This document shows, in pieces, positions 12,195 to 26,800 of a DNA stretch of 64,000 nt. The translations under genes and the position numbers were made by a program. Position 1 is the first letter of the stretch; every line of letters starts with the position of its first letter. The notes under the pieces are model-generated. The model was not told the DNA's origin, ran no database searches, and worked only from the letters and a program-made list of their open reading frames with translations. Source of the stretch: Azolla caroliniana (taxonomy: Eukaryota > Plantae > Polypodiophyta); NCBI GenBank assembly GCA_043228905.1, contig JBHGNT010000001.1:9982001-10046000 (forward strand). Reading direction: 5' to 3'.

Positions 12195-15100
12195 ATGAGT
12201 GCTGCACCAGATGTAGTTCACCCGCAGAAGGTACAGTTTTCTTTCCTTTCCTCTATCAATGAATGTTACCGTGTTTGCTTTATTCCTAGTTATTAGTCCC
12301 CTTATTTTACTTATAATGATTTATGTCAAGCATTTAGTGTTACAAGGTCCCCTGTTAGACATTGTTTTGCAATATATTATGGTTCCAACATTACAGATTA
12401 GGAAAGATCCGCCTTGCCACATGAAGCCAAAGAGAGGTCTTTGAATTTTTACATTGGAACATGGGGTGCTTTAAATTCTAAGAAACTTATCATGTATCAA
12501 AATCGAGTATAATGAGACAATTCTACACCCATCGATGTAAGGTTAGTAGCAATCTTGACGCCCATGTATCTAGAGTTAGTAGCAACTTCTATACCCATGT
12601 TAAATTATTGGGAAGAGCCACTTCCATGAATCTAGTTGGTGGCAAGTTCCACATCTGTAGATCTAGCTGATGGAATGTTCCAAATTCATGGATTTCACTC
12701 ATGACAAATTCCATATCCATGGAAATTTTGATATATAATATTTGTATACGCACATACACAAACATGCATGCACAAATATCTACTTATAAGCTATTATCCA
12801 ATGCTCACTGCTACTATCCTGAGGTTAGTTTAAATGAGCACATGTGGTGTCTGGCAACTGATGTTTTCCCTTAAGGATCTAATTAATGGTTGGACCATTC
12901 ATATTCATGTGTGAGAAATCACATAGAACTGGTTCTATCTATAGTAACGTGAATCATGAGTTTAGTATGGCTGATCGTACTTTATACTGGCTCTTATCTA
13001 CTTCTCTTAGTGAGGATCCTTTTCTCATTAGAAAATTGAAAGTCGCTCCTCGTATACATACGTATCGTTTGAAGCTTTTTTAGTCTATTTTACATTTCTC
13101 AATAAGCAAAAGTAGCGTAGATTTTATGCTTGTCTTCTTTGATCAAGGTGAACAAGTAAGAGCCATCTCCATTTTATGGCATATTTCTATCGGCAGCGAT
13201 CCATTATGAGTGACTACCATGTTCCATTCACACTTTTGATTATTTCTGCGGTGACATATCATGTTGAAAGTAAGATGATCCACAAGATGCACTGATTCAT
13301 TCTACTATTCAAATTTTCTATTTGCAGCATGGTGAGCTTAGTGACTGTTGGAATGGAGGATTATCGGTCAAGACTAAATGTATGAACTTGACTCCACCTC
13401 AGAGACTAATTGTTGTCGATGGCTCATCTTCTGGAGATTTGAAAGTGAGTAATTGTATATTTTACCATGAATTTACAACAGAGTTAGAGTCTATGAAATA
13501 TTCCTGTACTAAGTGCTTTAATGCATAGGTGAGAAAACCATATACGATAACAAAACAGAGGGAAAGATGGACACAAGATGAGCATCAGAAATTCCTTGAA
13601 GCTTTAAAATTGTATGGAAGAGCATGGCAGAAAATTGAAGGTATTTCATTTCATTTTATTTTGTGATGTTTTTTTCGCGTTTGCACGAATAGTTTAAAAC
13701 TGCAGGAAGATGCTCTTTTGCATGCATATTGTTTTAGTAATGAGCCAAATTGGGATTTTGGAGATGATCTTTGTTGTTCCTACTCATCTTAGACGATGAA
13801 TAGGATGCAGTTTATACATATACGTTGCATCAATAGACTATCTTAGATACATCAAAAGAATAACAACTGGTTCATGATGTATGCAGAACATATTGGTACC
13901 AAGACTGCTGTTCAAATTCGAAGTCATGCTCAAAAAGTTTTCTCTAAGGTTTTCCGCCCATATTTGACTGAAAAACAAAAATTTTATCTCACCTGATTAA
14001 TTTGAATTACAATTAGCTTTCTGAAAGACAATTTCAAGGTCATGGCTTTGGTTTATATTACAATATTCTTCTGGCAAATGTAGTCGCATGATTTTTGTCC
14101 TGTTTGGCTATAAATTCATGATTATAATATTTACTTATGGGATGCATGCGATACTTTTCTCACTCTAGATGATGAAAGTTATCCTATCCTTCCCACTAGA
14201 TAATGAAAATTATCATTCTTTATGCATGATTTTGTTTTGATACAAATCGTTTTACATGGTAGTTTGTGGATGTTCTATGCAATGTGATTGCATACTGTAA
14301 AGAAGAGCCAAAGGAGTTTATCAATCTCCACTTTAACCCAAGCAACATAGTTGGAATTGAGTCTATACAGATGCTGCTGTACTGGCTTCACGTCGGTTTT
14401 CAGTTGAAGTATATGTTAGAACTGTGGGTCCAAAACACTGCATATCCTCATTGGACCAAGCCAACACGTTTTTGTATTGCATGCCTTGTCGGGATTTTAA
14501 TCTTCATTTGTATATCTAAGGATGTAGTCTTTAGCCAGGTGAAGATTTCTCAGGAAGCTAACATGCTGTAAGGTCAATAATTTGGCATGCAGTGAACTTG
14601 TCATATGGTCAGTTATTTTGAAACAGCTATTTAGCTTCATTGAATTTTTGGAAAAAGGAAAGTTAGTTCCTATCAATTCACTTCTTTGTCAAAAATTGTA
14701 TCGCGATTTGAAGATTGTCAATGCATGGTTACTTAACAGAAATTAATATCTTGCACAAGTTTCATAACACATCTACCCCGTTCTGGATTTTATAGATTTA
14801 CATGACTGACCTTAAAAGTGTTATTTTCAGTGGTTATAGACATGGTTGCATACTTTTTAGAAAGCAATATTTAAAGCTAAAGACAACATTGTGTTGGTTT
14901 GATTCCTCTCTCTTGGATGCTGTAGCTAGAACGTGGTGTATCGACTGGAAATATAGCTGGTCAAGCAGAAGATATCGATATCCCACCGCCACGCCCTAAA
15001 CGAAAACCAAGTCATCCATATCCCAGAAAAGCTGGTTATAGCACTACTGCCGAAGAGGTCGATAAACATCCCACTTCATCATCTACATCAGAAATTGTTG

Positions 15101-17739
15101 CAAATACCGAGGTACCGACAGGATCCTAACTACTTTCTTATTGCAAATTTGGAAATTGGACTAGTCTATATTGTATTCTTATGAAATTGGTTTTTGTGTT
15201 TTGATAAAAGTCGGTAGTATTTTCACCATCCATTGGTAATCGAGGCTCTGAACTAGGGGCATCCACCACTACTGTTCATCCACAAAGTCCATTTAAAGCA
15301 ACTAATAGCTTCGGTCTAAATGAAGGTGTGAAGCTGTTTGGTAAAGCGGTCATTGTTCCCAAAGCCCAGAAAGCTCCGATGAAGAATTTAGCTAGGCAAA
15401 CCATATCCAACTCGTCATATACACAGACTAGTAAAGTTAATTTGGGTCGAACTGAGGGTTTCTCACCCTTTGTAAGGGTTCAAAAGAATCTCGCACCTGT
15501 TTCAATAGAGTCTTCAGTTTTGCAGGCAAACCAAAATTTGGGGACCACTACAGTAGAGGAGGATACAGATGACTCGGCAGAGGAAGCTTGTACCAAGGAT
15601 ACCTCAGCTGGAATAAATGAAGCCAAAGGTGTAGATTCTCAATCCATTAACCACAACAGTAAAGTGGAGAATTGCAAAGTGGATACCGTAGGTAACATCA
15701 AGGATTCTATTAAGGATTCTGGATTTCTTAAGCCAAATCCTCACAATAACCCAGACTATCTTTGGATGGAGAATCTTTTCAGTCATTATTCTGGAGCACA
15801 ATATAAAGCTCACGAATACATTGATGGGCCACCTGCCAATCCCATGTTATTTTGGCATTTCTTGCAAGCGTCAGCTATGAATAATCCTTTTCATTCTGCG
15901 GCAATGGCCAGCTGGGCAGGATTGATCGGATCCACTCAGACAAGTGCTAATGAGATACATAGTTTACCATCTTATTCAGGTGTAGGTTCTTTTGCACCTT
16001 GGTGGAATCCCAGAGGATTTAAGCCCCCAGGTCAGCAGCATTCTTCCACTGTTCCTTCTTGTGAAAGAATGCCGAGTATACCAAATATGAAGACCACTGA
16101 GTATACCAAATATGTGAAAGAACATGGGCCAAAACCAGTAAGTATTTCTAGCATGGCAGAAGTTGAGAATATCTTTGACCATAAAGAAAGGAATAATAGT
16201 GTTATGCCAGAGATGGAAATCCATCAAGTAAACGGATTAGTAGGACAAACATCCGATGAGAGTGATGACATAGAGAAAGAGGCAAGTGACCAAGCTCAAC
16301 AGAGCTTTTGTACCTCAATTGATGAATTTGAAGTAGGGGATGGTAAGATGGATGGATCTTCCAGTGGTTCGAATAACCCTTCAGAAGGATGTCAGCTCAG
16401 TGAAGCTGGAACACCAAACAATCTCGAAACTAACAAAATAGATAAAGAAAAGAACCGCCATCAAGAAAACTTGGAGTCTAGAACAGCAAGTTGCCCGAAG
16501 ATTATGTTCAAGCACATTGAAAAAAAGAAAAGATATCAACAAAGGGATTTGAAACATGGAAGCACTGAAGAACCCAAACGCCCAAAAGGTTGTCCTCATG
16601 ATGTGGATGCTTGGAAAGAGGTTTCCGAAGAGGTAATGTGTTATTATTGCCTGCCATCCCTCTTTTCTTCTTTTATGCTTTTGCTAAGACCTTATGTACC
16701 CTTTTCTTTTTTTATTATTCTTTACATCCATATCGTTAGCATTTCTCTCCATGAGGCAATGACATATAGCGTCTTTTCACATCTCTCATATTGTTCAATT
16801 CTGTTGAGCGCCAGATCGACATGAGGTGTATAATATATAGCTGAAAAGACACCAATAATGATCTAAATGACTGGGGAAAGAGAAACTAACAAAGCCAACC
16901 CCCAGCAAAAACTTGTTTTGCTCAGAAATGCTCAGAATTAATGATCTATCAAATACTAATTAAGTAAAGAAAATTAACGCTTTTAAAGAATTGGAACTCA
17001 TTCTAGGAATATGTTGTTAATTACGTGATCCTAGATCAAAGCAAAACAATAACATATAGATTCTACTTTTTAAAATGAAAGAAACATTCACACATTGGGA
17101 CAAAACCTGAACTCACAATTGTGAGGCCACAAAGCATAAGATTTGTAGCTAGTCTATCATTTTATACGTTTATTCTTCTGTAGTTAATTTAGGTGTAGAA
17201 TCTCATATATTCCATATTCTGGAAATGTTCACATTGTGCTTTAACATGAAATTTGACCCTATGTCACTTAATCTTTTCCAGGCTATTTGTCTTATATCGT
17301 AGTCTTTATTGATGAAAAAGATATAACAATAAATTTCATAAAAGTGATCCCTGCTAAACTATTTTATGTAGATAATGCAATAGGTGAAGATAATGTAGAA
17401 AATTGTAAAATTCATACTATCACTAACTTTGAAATCGCATGTGTGGGTGTGCAGGGTCGCAAGGCCTTCAGAGCTCTCTTTACCAGCAAAACATTACCGC
17501 AAACATTCCCAAGGAATGCGAGTTTCGTGATGAACGATGACCAGATAGATGGTCACATATCCATTCAAAATCCAGAGAGTGAGTATGATGACATGGTAAG
17601 ACTTGAATCACTGAAGAAGACTGTAAAAGAGGAGGATAATAGCAGTAATGCGGTCAAGTTCAGTGTTAGTTCTAGGTCTGGATTTGTTCCTTATCAGAGA
17701 GCCAGCTGTAACAAGACAAAGGTGACTTGTTCTGAGTAG
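12195..17739 (+). CDS. LHY: LHY/CCA1-like single-MYB (SHAQKYF-class) circadian clock transcription factor, ~739 aa
   Basis: Exons 12195-12230, 13328-13444, 13529-13640, 13887-13948, 14926-15111, 15211-16632 and 17455-17739 (2220 nt). Motifs include [75 protein letters not shown], and the LHY/CCA1 C-terminal WKEVSEEGR.AF.ALF...LPQ.F and GFVPY.R. The first coding exon is less certain. Confidence 0.93.
12527..12722. repeat. Degenerate ~31-33 bp minisatellite in LHY-like intron 1
   Basis: Recurring (C/T)CCATG..TCTAG..(T/G)GTAGCAA..TCCA units, about 6 copies. Confidence 0.5.
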
Positions 17740-19186
17740 TGTGAGTGCTTAGTGGCTAAAGGTTAGATCAATCAGTACATTCTTGTTGGTTTGGTTCATG
17801 TATAATGAGCATATACCTCTTGTACAACCCTACTACACTTTGTTTTGTACAAGATGTAATATAATATATCATTTTTTGGCTTTTTGAAACTTTGGCTCAA
17901 TTCATTTTGCATTGGGACTTCGGAAATGAGTATGTCCGTCTTGATTTATTTATTTATCTACATTCACAGAATTCCATCAAGGTCTAGGCTTGTGAAAACT
18001 GTCCATTCCAATGTCCACTCAGTTCCATCAGCATGCTTTGTATTCTTTAATCCTTTATGCTTTGTACTCTTTATGCTTTGGGACCGGAACACTTATGTAC
18101 CAACAGATCCTTCTCTTTCCTGATTTTTAATTTGATGCCTAATAATTGCATATTTTGTTGACCTCAAAGTACAGTTTTTGGAGCTTGTATTTTCTCTAGC
18201 AAATTAGGATTGAAAGTCTTCAAATGTGGCACTTGTTCAAATTAAACTAGATTACAGAGACAGATGACAAAGGTTTCAAAATGGGAGACTATAGCATTTT
18301 TAACTTACATATAATTTCCCATTTTTGGATTGTATCAACCAAGTCATAAAATGAACCACTCTTGATTCAATACTTCTGGAATGAAAAAAAAGCCCTTGAA
18401 GCATTATTGGAATCATTCACATAAATTTTGACTTACTACAATTTATAAAACAGGTGGAGACACTTTAAGAAATGAACAGGTATAAATTAATTAATTGGAT
18501 ACTTCGAAAAGACACGCATAGTTATGCACTGAATGCTAATGAGATCTAACTTGCATGTACAACTTGATGCTAAGAAAACACACAAAATATATAAATTTTG
18601 ATACTAAAGAATTAAACCAAACCAGATAGACTTTTGATGGTAAAGAGAACACACATTGATTTGTTTGTCATACGTTGGCCCTCTGAAGGTGTTGTAACAA
18701 TAAAATGTATGTGCATGGACTACCCAACCACAGTTATAAAGGGCTTGATCTAACTACAATGTTATTAATAAGTTTTAGGTATCTCCTCAATCTGAGGTTA
18801 AGACTTAATGATATATAACCAGCCATTTTGAGTTGCCAGCAGGATTTGAATACCATGTGCTAGTGCGGTTTAGGGTTTAGGTTATAACTACAACTATTCA
18901 ATACCATACCTTGCTAAGTAGAGCATCGGTCTTCCTACATCAAAGATAAGTTGAGTGGTGCTTCTAACCACTTTCCATTGTGTCCTAACGTTGTCACACC
19001 GTTGTACTCATTATTAATCAAACTTATCGTCATCTAATCTGTGTAGAGTTTACGGTTCACTAAGTGACTACATTTTCAAACTCGTAAGTTGTTTCGGTCT
19101 TTCTCTTTCCATATTTCAAATTAGGGCTTAAAAGGAAACATTGCTAACATAGTACGCATATTCATCTGCTCCTATTCATGGCATCA

Positions 19187-19340
19187 TGACAAAATATGTG
19201 AAGAAAAGGAGTGGAAGATAGTCTTCTTTAATAATTTATCACAATCCATTTCTCTTTCTACCATTGACAAAAATACGTGAAGGAAACAGTGTGGAAGATA
19301 ATCTTCTTGAATATTTGATTAGAACCCATTTCTCTTCCTA
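19187..19340. repeat. Diverged tandem duplication, ~78-bp period
   Basis: TGACAAAA..GTGAAG..GTGGAAGATA.TCTTCTT...CCATTTCTCTT occurs twice. Confidence 0.7.
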
Positions 19341-19613
19341 CTACCATGGATTTATCATTTCATTTGTCACATATCTTAGATCTTAGATCATGATTAGCTC
19401 GATTATATTAAATTAATAGTAACTATTATTGTTGTTATCATCATTGTCCTTCATTAAACTTAATATAAATGCCTCCAATATATTATTATTAATGTCCCAG
19501 TTTCAGCCTCGGTGAAGCTGCATCATGCTGTTGACAGCATCACAAGGGAAAAGGAACCTCCAACCATCACTCTTAAAATTAATCATACATTTCCCTCTTG
19601 TAGACAAGTGATC

Positions 19614-19914
19614 AACCATAAAACTCACATAATAACCAAGCACTTCACATTCCAGATAAATCATGGGCAAAAAAATTTAACCAGGACACAAATTTCATGT
19701 AACCTTAGTAGCTTAGAGCTCCAATAATACAAACAAAGAATGGTTTCCAATATTGTAATTGGAAACCATAAAACATTCACCTAATAACCAAGCACTTCAC
19801 ATTCCAGACAAATCATGGGCAAAAAAATTTAACCAGGACACAAATGTCATGTAACCTTAGGAGCTTAGAGCTCCAATAATATAAACAAAGAATGGTTTCC
19901 AATATTTGTAATTG
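19614..19914. repeat. Near-identical tandem duplication, 150-bp period
   Basis: AACCATAAAAC...CACTTCACATTCCAGA.AAATCATGGGCAAAAAAATTTAACCAGGACAC...GGTTTCCAATAT occurs at 19614 and 19764. Confidence 0.92.
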
Positions 19915-20811
19915 TACAGCAAAGTGGAAATGTTCATGAAGCAATTTTGAGTGCCAAGTTTGGTACCTATACCTGATTAAACAATAGTAAGTTTGCATAA
20001 CTCAGTATTGAGTTGTGAGAAAACCCAACCGTCATTCTCAATTGTGTGTGTGTAGTAAACGTCTTCAATAAATTAAGAGCACAGTTGCATTCCAAATATC
20101 TAGTATATTGATCTCTTAGCCACAGGGGTCTATTCACATATGAAGCAGTACTATTATGATAGATTGAGAGAAACCACAGTTCAGTTGGTTCAAGACTGTA
20201 AGGATCAACTTCACACAGCAGATCATTCATCAGCTGGACTAAGTCAATAAAAGTTTCCGATATTTGTAACAGTATAGAAAGATAGAGATGCTATAACCCC
20301 TACAACTTGGTGTTTGTAAGTCCACAGATTTTATCTATGGTAGCGTAACATATGGTAGCCACATCAAATTAGTGAGCAATAAATCAATGCAAATATTACA
20401 CCAAATTTCACAAACCTTGCTATGCATGTACAATATGCATATGCATAACAGACTGCTTTTGATAGTGTACTTTTTAGGAGCAAATACATATACAACGTCA
20501 TCGGCATCAAGTTTTAGCAAGGATGCGAAGATCTGGAAATCATGCTTCCTGAAGTTTTTTACTATCAGCATGACCAGCATTGTCATTTTTCAACTGTGTG
20601 GCAACATAAGAATCAATCTAGTTATATGGATTTTCTGAGACTTCAATATTTTTCTTCTTGGCCAAAATGACCCAGTCATGATGAACTTCTTTGATTTTAC
20701 AATACTGTGAATTGTAACAGCTGCACCCTCGGTTTGAACAAACTTTGGTAACAAGATTTGACACAAATAAACGAATATATTCTAAACTGACTTTTTGTCA
20801 ATCATTTTTTG

Positions 20812-23800
20812 TTACTTGCCACTCCGTGATTCATTGGACCGACTCTGGTATGCCGGAGGCTGCTCAGACCTTGATATAGGAAGCATAGTCGAATACCGAG
20901 ATGGAGGTGGTTGTAGGATACCTCGTCCACCTCCTTCCAGTGATGCTGATAAGGGAATCAGTAATGACGATGATGGCATGGGTGGCGGCAACCTTTGCCA
21001 GCCTCTACCCATTGATGGAGGTATCAAGCCTCCCCTTGTAGCAGGTTCAACACAAGTTTGCGCAGTTGGATTAGGTGAGTTTTGCCGAGTTTCAGAATGT
21101 GGACGTGTGGGTGGACACCACTCAGGCATGTCATCATCATCCCAAAGACTGCTTGTTTGGTTCACCTCTCCCCTGTTCCCAGCTGTTCTTTGATCCTGAA
21201 GGCCACTTGCATTTTCAGACATTGAAGGGTCCACTGAGGGTTGAGGCAAGTCAGGTCGAGTCTTCTCTGGGGAAATTTGTCTATTGACCTCTTTGCTTTC
21301 TGGAAGCATAACGTTTGGGTTAGATACTTGGGGTAAATTTGGCATCCTTACAGGGAAGGACCCGTCTGTAGACAAATGTACCCTTGGAGGAGCACCATTA
21401 AAAGATGAGCCTGGTGTATGAGGTGCTATTATATGTTGAGTAGCTTGTGCAGTTAATGGCAGAGGCCTTATTTGATCCATATGTCTAGATGCATGAGAAA
21501 CAATTGGCCTTGGAACTTGCGAAGAGTGCAAACCAGATGCATTTAGGTGCTCAAAAGTTTTTGGTGTTTCGGGCTGGAAATTTAACTTCTGCTGTAAGGA
21601 ATTAACTACTGAGCTCAGAGGGAAAGGTGGTTGTATGTTGAAGTTTGGAAGAAAAGGAAGGGTTCCAGAAGGTTTGGCATTCTTGTTTTGTAATGCTTTC
21701 TGAGCAGAAAAATCATACTCTGGAAGATCATCAACATCATGCATTTCAAACCTATGCCTGGGTGCTTTTGGACCAAACCCTGGAGGCAAGTCATCACTAC
21801 CACCACCCTCATCTTTCTTCACATCCGTATTTAACCATTCAGGTTTTCTTTTGCCAGACCTAGGGTCTTGAAGGTATCGAGAATCCAACTCCATGGGTTT
21901 GGAGGCGTTTATTTCTGGTACATTTGATGTGCTCTTATTTTGCATACCCATTATCCCTCCTTGAGCATTATTATTTGGAATCGAAACACCTGTTTGCAAG
22001 TTTATCAAAGACACAGAAGCACTATGATTTTCACTCTCTCCAGAACTTGGTAACGGAAGCAGAGGGGCTTTAGATGTGGGAATAACATTTCCAACCCATT
22101 GTATTTCGTTAGGTCGAGTGGGAGAATCCAATTGTGCTGACAAAGCATGTCTGTTTGCATTGAAATAGTGACTGGATGATTTGTGTGCAGCCGTGGATGG
22201 TATAAGGCTTCGTCTGCAGACTACAAATCCAATTAATATCCGTTCTTCATCTAGAACCTGATCTACATTAAGATATCCATGATCAATGAGCAACTTCAAT
22301 GAGTTTCCACCTCCTGGAAACAGGTAAAGTTCATATCCTGGTAGCGGCTCAGCATAACCTACTCTCTGTCCTCGTTGATATTGGTTCGCGGCCTGTAAAA
22401 GTTCATCATTGTCCCAATATCAGTACCTATTACCATCCAGATAGCCTAAGTGATTATGATAATGCTGTCAGATAGGCAACTATTGACTTAGAAATGGGAA
22501 TTGCTTAAACCTGATGAACCAAAAATGCACCCATATGATAATCAAGTTCATTAATCTGTGTCAACAAAACTGCCAATGACAGAGTTCTAATGCTCAAAAT
22601 AAGACATTTCCTATTCTTATTTTTTTTAAGGTTAAAAGCAGGCCTTTTAATAATATATGTACCAAAAAGACAATAATATTGGCAAGTGGCCTAGTTCTCA
22701 CCTCCTTCAGAGCATTTATGGAAGCTGCATGATCTGCTTGATCCCCATTCATACGATATGTAATGATCTGAAACCAAAATTTGCACAATTTAGATCTATC
22801 AGATTTACATATCTGCACAAATTTGAACCCTTAAAATGACGTATAAATTACAGTTGATAGAGATAGCATAGCAGAATATTGGTATCCATATGACAAACTC
22901 AAATATATAAGGGTTGTATTGGTTTTAAATTTTAAATAATTTCTTTCATATTTCTATTAACTTACCATAACAGCTCTTGTCCGAGACTGCCGGATCTCCT
23001 GCAAAAATTTCTCTAGGGCATCTAGTCTTACTCTACCCTTAATCTCAATCTGCTTTGGCCAATTTCGTAAATCCATTGCATCCCCACTGTAAACACAAAA
23101 AATTAAAGAAACAGGAACACTATAAGTTGCTACCGTAAGTAAACCATATCCGATTGAAGTGACCAAAGCAAATAAAAAGCAATATAAGTATAAGATCTTT
23201 AAAACCACTCAAAACTGCAGTTGCAACTCCTAGGATGCATACCACCACTTCCTATCCACATCATGTACTGTAGGTATTGGCTTACATTAACAGATTTCAG
23301 ACTCTAAGCACATTTTAAAACCAAAATGTCAAGCATTATAAAAAGGTGAAAGTAAAATGTATATGCACATCTGCATATTTATAATATACATACCAAACGA
23401 AATGCACAGCTTCCATGAAAATACTTATAATCATGAAACTAGAGATATCTCTAATGTTTGCATCCATACTGCCGTTGCATGCATACAGACTATATTCTTG
23501 ATGCTGTTTTTGTACAATTTGGTGAGATTTTCTGGCTTGATATTGCTTACGTGTGATGTATGTACAGATTTCTAGTTGCATAGACAAAACAATAATTCTG
23601 TTTGTTTGCTAATACAAACCTGTATGTATTAGAAAGGAATCACCTTTAACTCTGTGTCATATAGTGACTCTTATAAACAAAGATTTATTTATGCAATAGT
23701 TTATATTTGCTCTCTCGGAACTTTATGAAATTCATTTTTCACCTCCTGAGAACCATGAAACAGAAATGTATGTATGTATGTATGTATGTATGTATGTATG

Positions 23801-26800
23801 TATGTACATATGTATGTATCGTATGTTGATAGATAGTGGTAACACACAAAACACATATATTACCTGCAGGGCTGCAGGCTGCTAGTTCATTGTGTCAATG
23901 AACATCATACGCATATACTGCATTGGAAGGTTCTTCTAGCGTTTATCATATGTGAACCAAGACGCATGCATATAGGTTCTCCCATGTACAAGAGGGACGA
24001 TTTTACAGCAACTTAATCTTAAAAATATGCCACTAAATTGAGGGAACTTTTCATTACTTTGATTTTCAGGTAAAATCCCCCTTTCTGATTTATTTTTATA
24101 GTTTGATGTTTTTAACTGAGGGTAGAGTCTGCTTGGTGCGAGCTCACATTTTACTTTTGAATACTTCAGGTGAAATTACCCTGTCCCATTCATGTCTATT
24201 AGGTGTTTGACTTTGTCTTGTCATAGAGTTTTTGTAGTTACACTGCACTGGATTATGGATTGCAATCGGATGCCAACACGCAATTCATTGGCATACCAGT
24301 ACCTATTTCCATTTTACAATGAGCTCTTAATTCTAATAGCTCTAGGGTGAAAATCGCCCGGTGACTTCACATCATAGCATTTCTGTTGTTTCAAATAAAC
24401 ATGACAGAGTACTACACTTCTTTGAATTTATCCAGGGTTCGAGACCCTGAAGTTTCAAACATTGTGAAACCTGACAGATTATGAACCAGGTGACATTCAA
24501 TGTAATAATGTAATATTCTGTACATGTCGCATCCTTAGCATGTGAAGGTAGTTGTGCTGATGGAAATGGATTGTACTGCACACGCAGATTTTCAAAAGTC
24601 AACAGTACACAAGTATTCCACGTGTACACAGGTGCATGTGTAGCATTTACGGTCTCAAATAGAGAAGTGGAAATGCAGAACTTCCACAGTTCAAGTTGGC
24701 TATTGAAGCCTTGTCTCTGCACAGCAGTATATAAATTATAAGCAATAGTGGCCAAGCAGCTTTAAAAGTCTGTATTTTGAAGGATTATTTGGCAATAAAA
24801 TGAGCATTTTTGGTTCTCAAAATTAAAAAGGAATAATTGCAACCTACGAAGCTATTCTGTGCAAGAGAATGCATTCAAGAAACAAAAACTGGTTGTCATT
24901 ATAAACCCACATCAAGAATAGATTTTATATAACATTATTAGGAACTAAAGTTTTAACCAAGCATTCAGAAAAATCTAAGAACAGTTGATGCTTCGAGGAA
25001 ATTCCTGGCATTTGCTTTTTGTGTAAAACTATTCCCATGGTTTGACTTTGGCTACCATGATTTAGTCTCAGTGTGTGTGAGATGCATCATAGGCTGTAAC
25101 ATTGATCATACATTATAATATACGTCCATATCACTAACCCCGATTCTTCCATGTACTCCTTCAAGGAGCACCAATTCGTCGATTGAATCACTCAAATGCA
25201 CAACCTGAAGATTTAAGGCAGCATTTCACTCCAAACAAAGTTGGCGTATGTATGTATGCACACAATGTGCAGGATGTATGTTTACATATACATGTGCATG
25301 TATAATGTCAGCTTTATGGATCATACAAATATTTACAAACATGTGCTACTGTGGACCTACATCCTACCTACAGGTCCCCGTTGACACAACTTGTATCGCC
25401 AATCCCATTCTCAATTCAGCTCTACACATTTCATCATTGTTCATGGTACAAAGTTCTCAATGTTTGATGCAACAATCGTAGAATTCCCATCCAACTTTCA
25501 TATGTTTATATATTTTATTCAAGTGTATTTTATGTGCAAGTTAGAGAACTCATGAATAAACTTTTATAGGTTTATGTTTATGTTTATTGACATCAAATTT
25601 GGAAACTTGTTTCTGTTTAAGTTCCTTATTGTGATGAAACATGGCGCATTGGTGGGCTTATACAAAGTGAAATACTCTTGGCAAACATCACATTTGGAAA
25701 CTTGTTTCTGTTTAAGTTCCTTACTGTCATGAAACCAAAATCACTGGAAACTACATGACACATGGGGCATGATGGGTTTATGCGTGAAATACTCTTGGCA
25801 TTAAGAAACATTGTTTTCCTCAAGTAAAGCCCATCATGTTCCATAACATGGTTGCTCCATTTCTAAAACAAGGAAACAACAGTTCTGTAACCTGTTTCCA
25901 AGCCAGCAAAGAGCTACTCCATTTTCCAACAAAGAAACGACTGTTCTGTAGTTCATTTTGCAAATCACATCTATCCTCTTTCTTTGGCTACTTCCATTTA
26001 GAGAACATTGATCATGACCCTACTTGTCGTAATGTTTGTAAGTTGTTCAAATTCACTTCTCCCGTAGTAACATGTGGTATTGCAAAAGTGTGTGTATAAA
26101 TACACACAGAAAAGTAAAAAAGAAACAAATATTCAGGACAAAACTTAACACCAGTGAAAACCTACGATACATACTCCCTCAAGAAAAAGAGTTATATCAC
26201 AGGTCATGGTGCCTGGTGTTGACTTGTTAGGCCATCTGTAATCATGCAACTAAAGCTCAACAGTAGTTAGAGGATCATCTATCACCATTCATATTCAACA
26301 ATTTTGGTCAGACATTAATGTGATGTCAAAGAGATTGTTCCAAAGAAACCGAATCCTTGCATGCTCATGTCAAGTCAGATGCAAGTAAATTTGATCTCAC
26401 AGCAGCAAAAATGTTTGGGTTCCAGCACTCAGTTATAGGCCAAATTGGTGCAATAATCTCAATCCAAAATTAGGTTCAATAATAAGCAGGTATGAAAATG
26501 AATGCTTGTCAATTTATCTCGAAGATAAAATAGGTGTTATATATATGCTTTATAGCCCAGGAGCATAACAAGTTGAATGCCAACTATAATGATCATCTGG
26601 GTTAACTCTGGATACATCGACTTATTCGATGTCATTTAACTCTAGAGGCTGAGTCTGTCCAAAACACTGAACACTTTGTAGATCAGATATAGCAGGTCAT
26701 AATCAGCAGCATTCTTTTATCTGCGTGATTCAAGCAGCAATCATATCATAAGGTTCATTAAATTCTTTTAACTGATTGTGTGTGTATCTCTCATGCGGTG

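Noticed and set aside
24427-24450. CAGGGTTCGAGACCCTG, a tRNA T-arm/B-box-like hairpin
   Set aside because: There is no A-box, D-arm, anticodon arm or acceptor stem around it; at most it is a SINE scrap.
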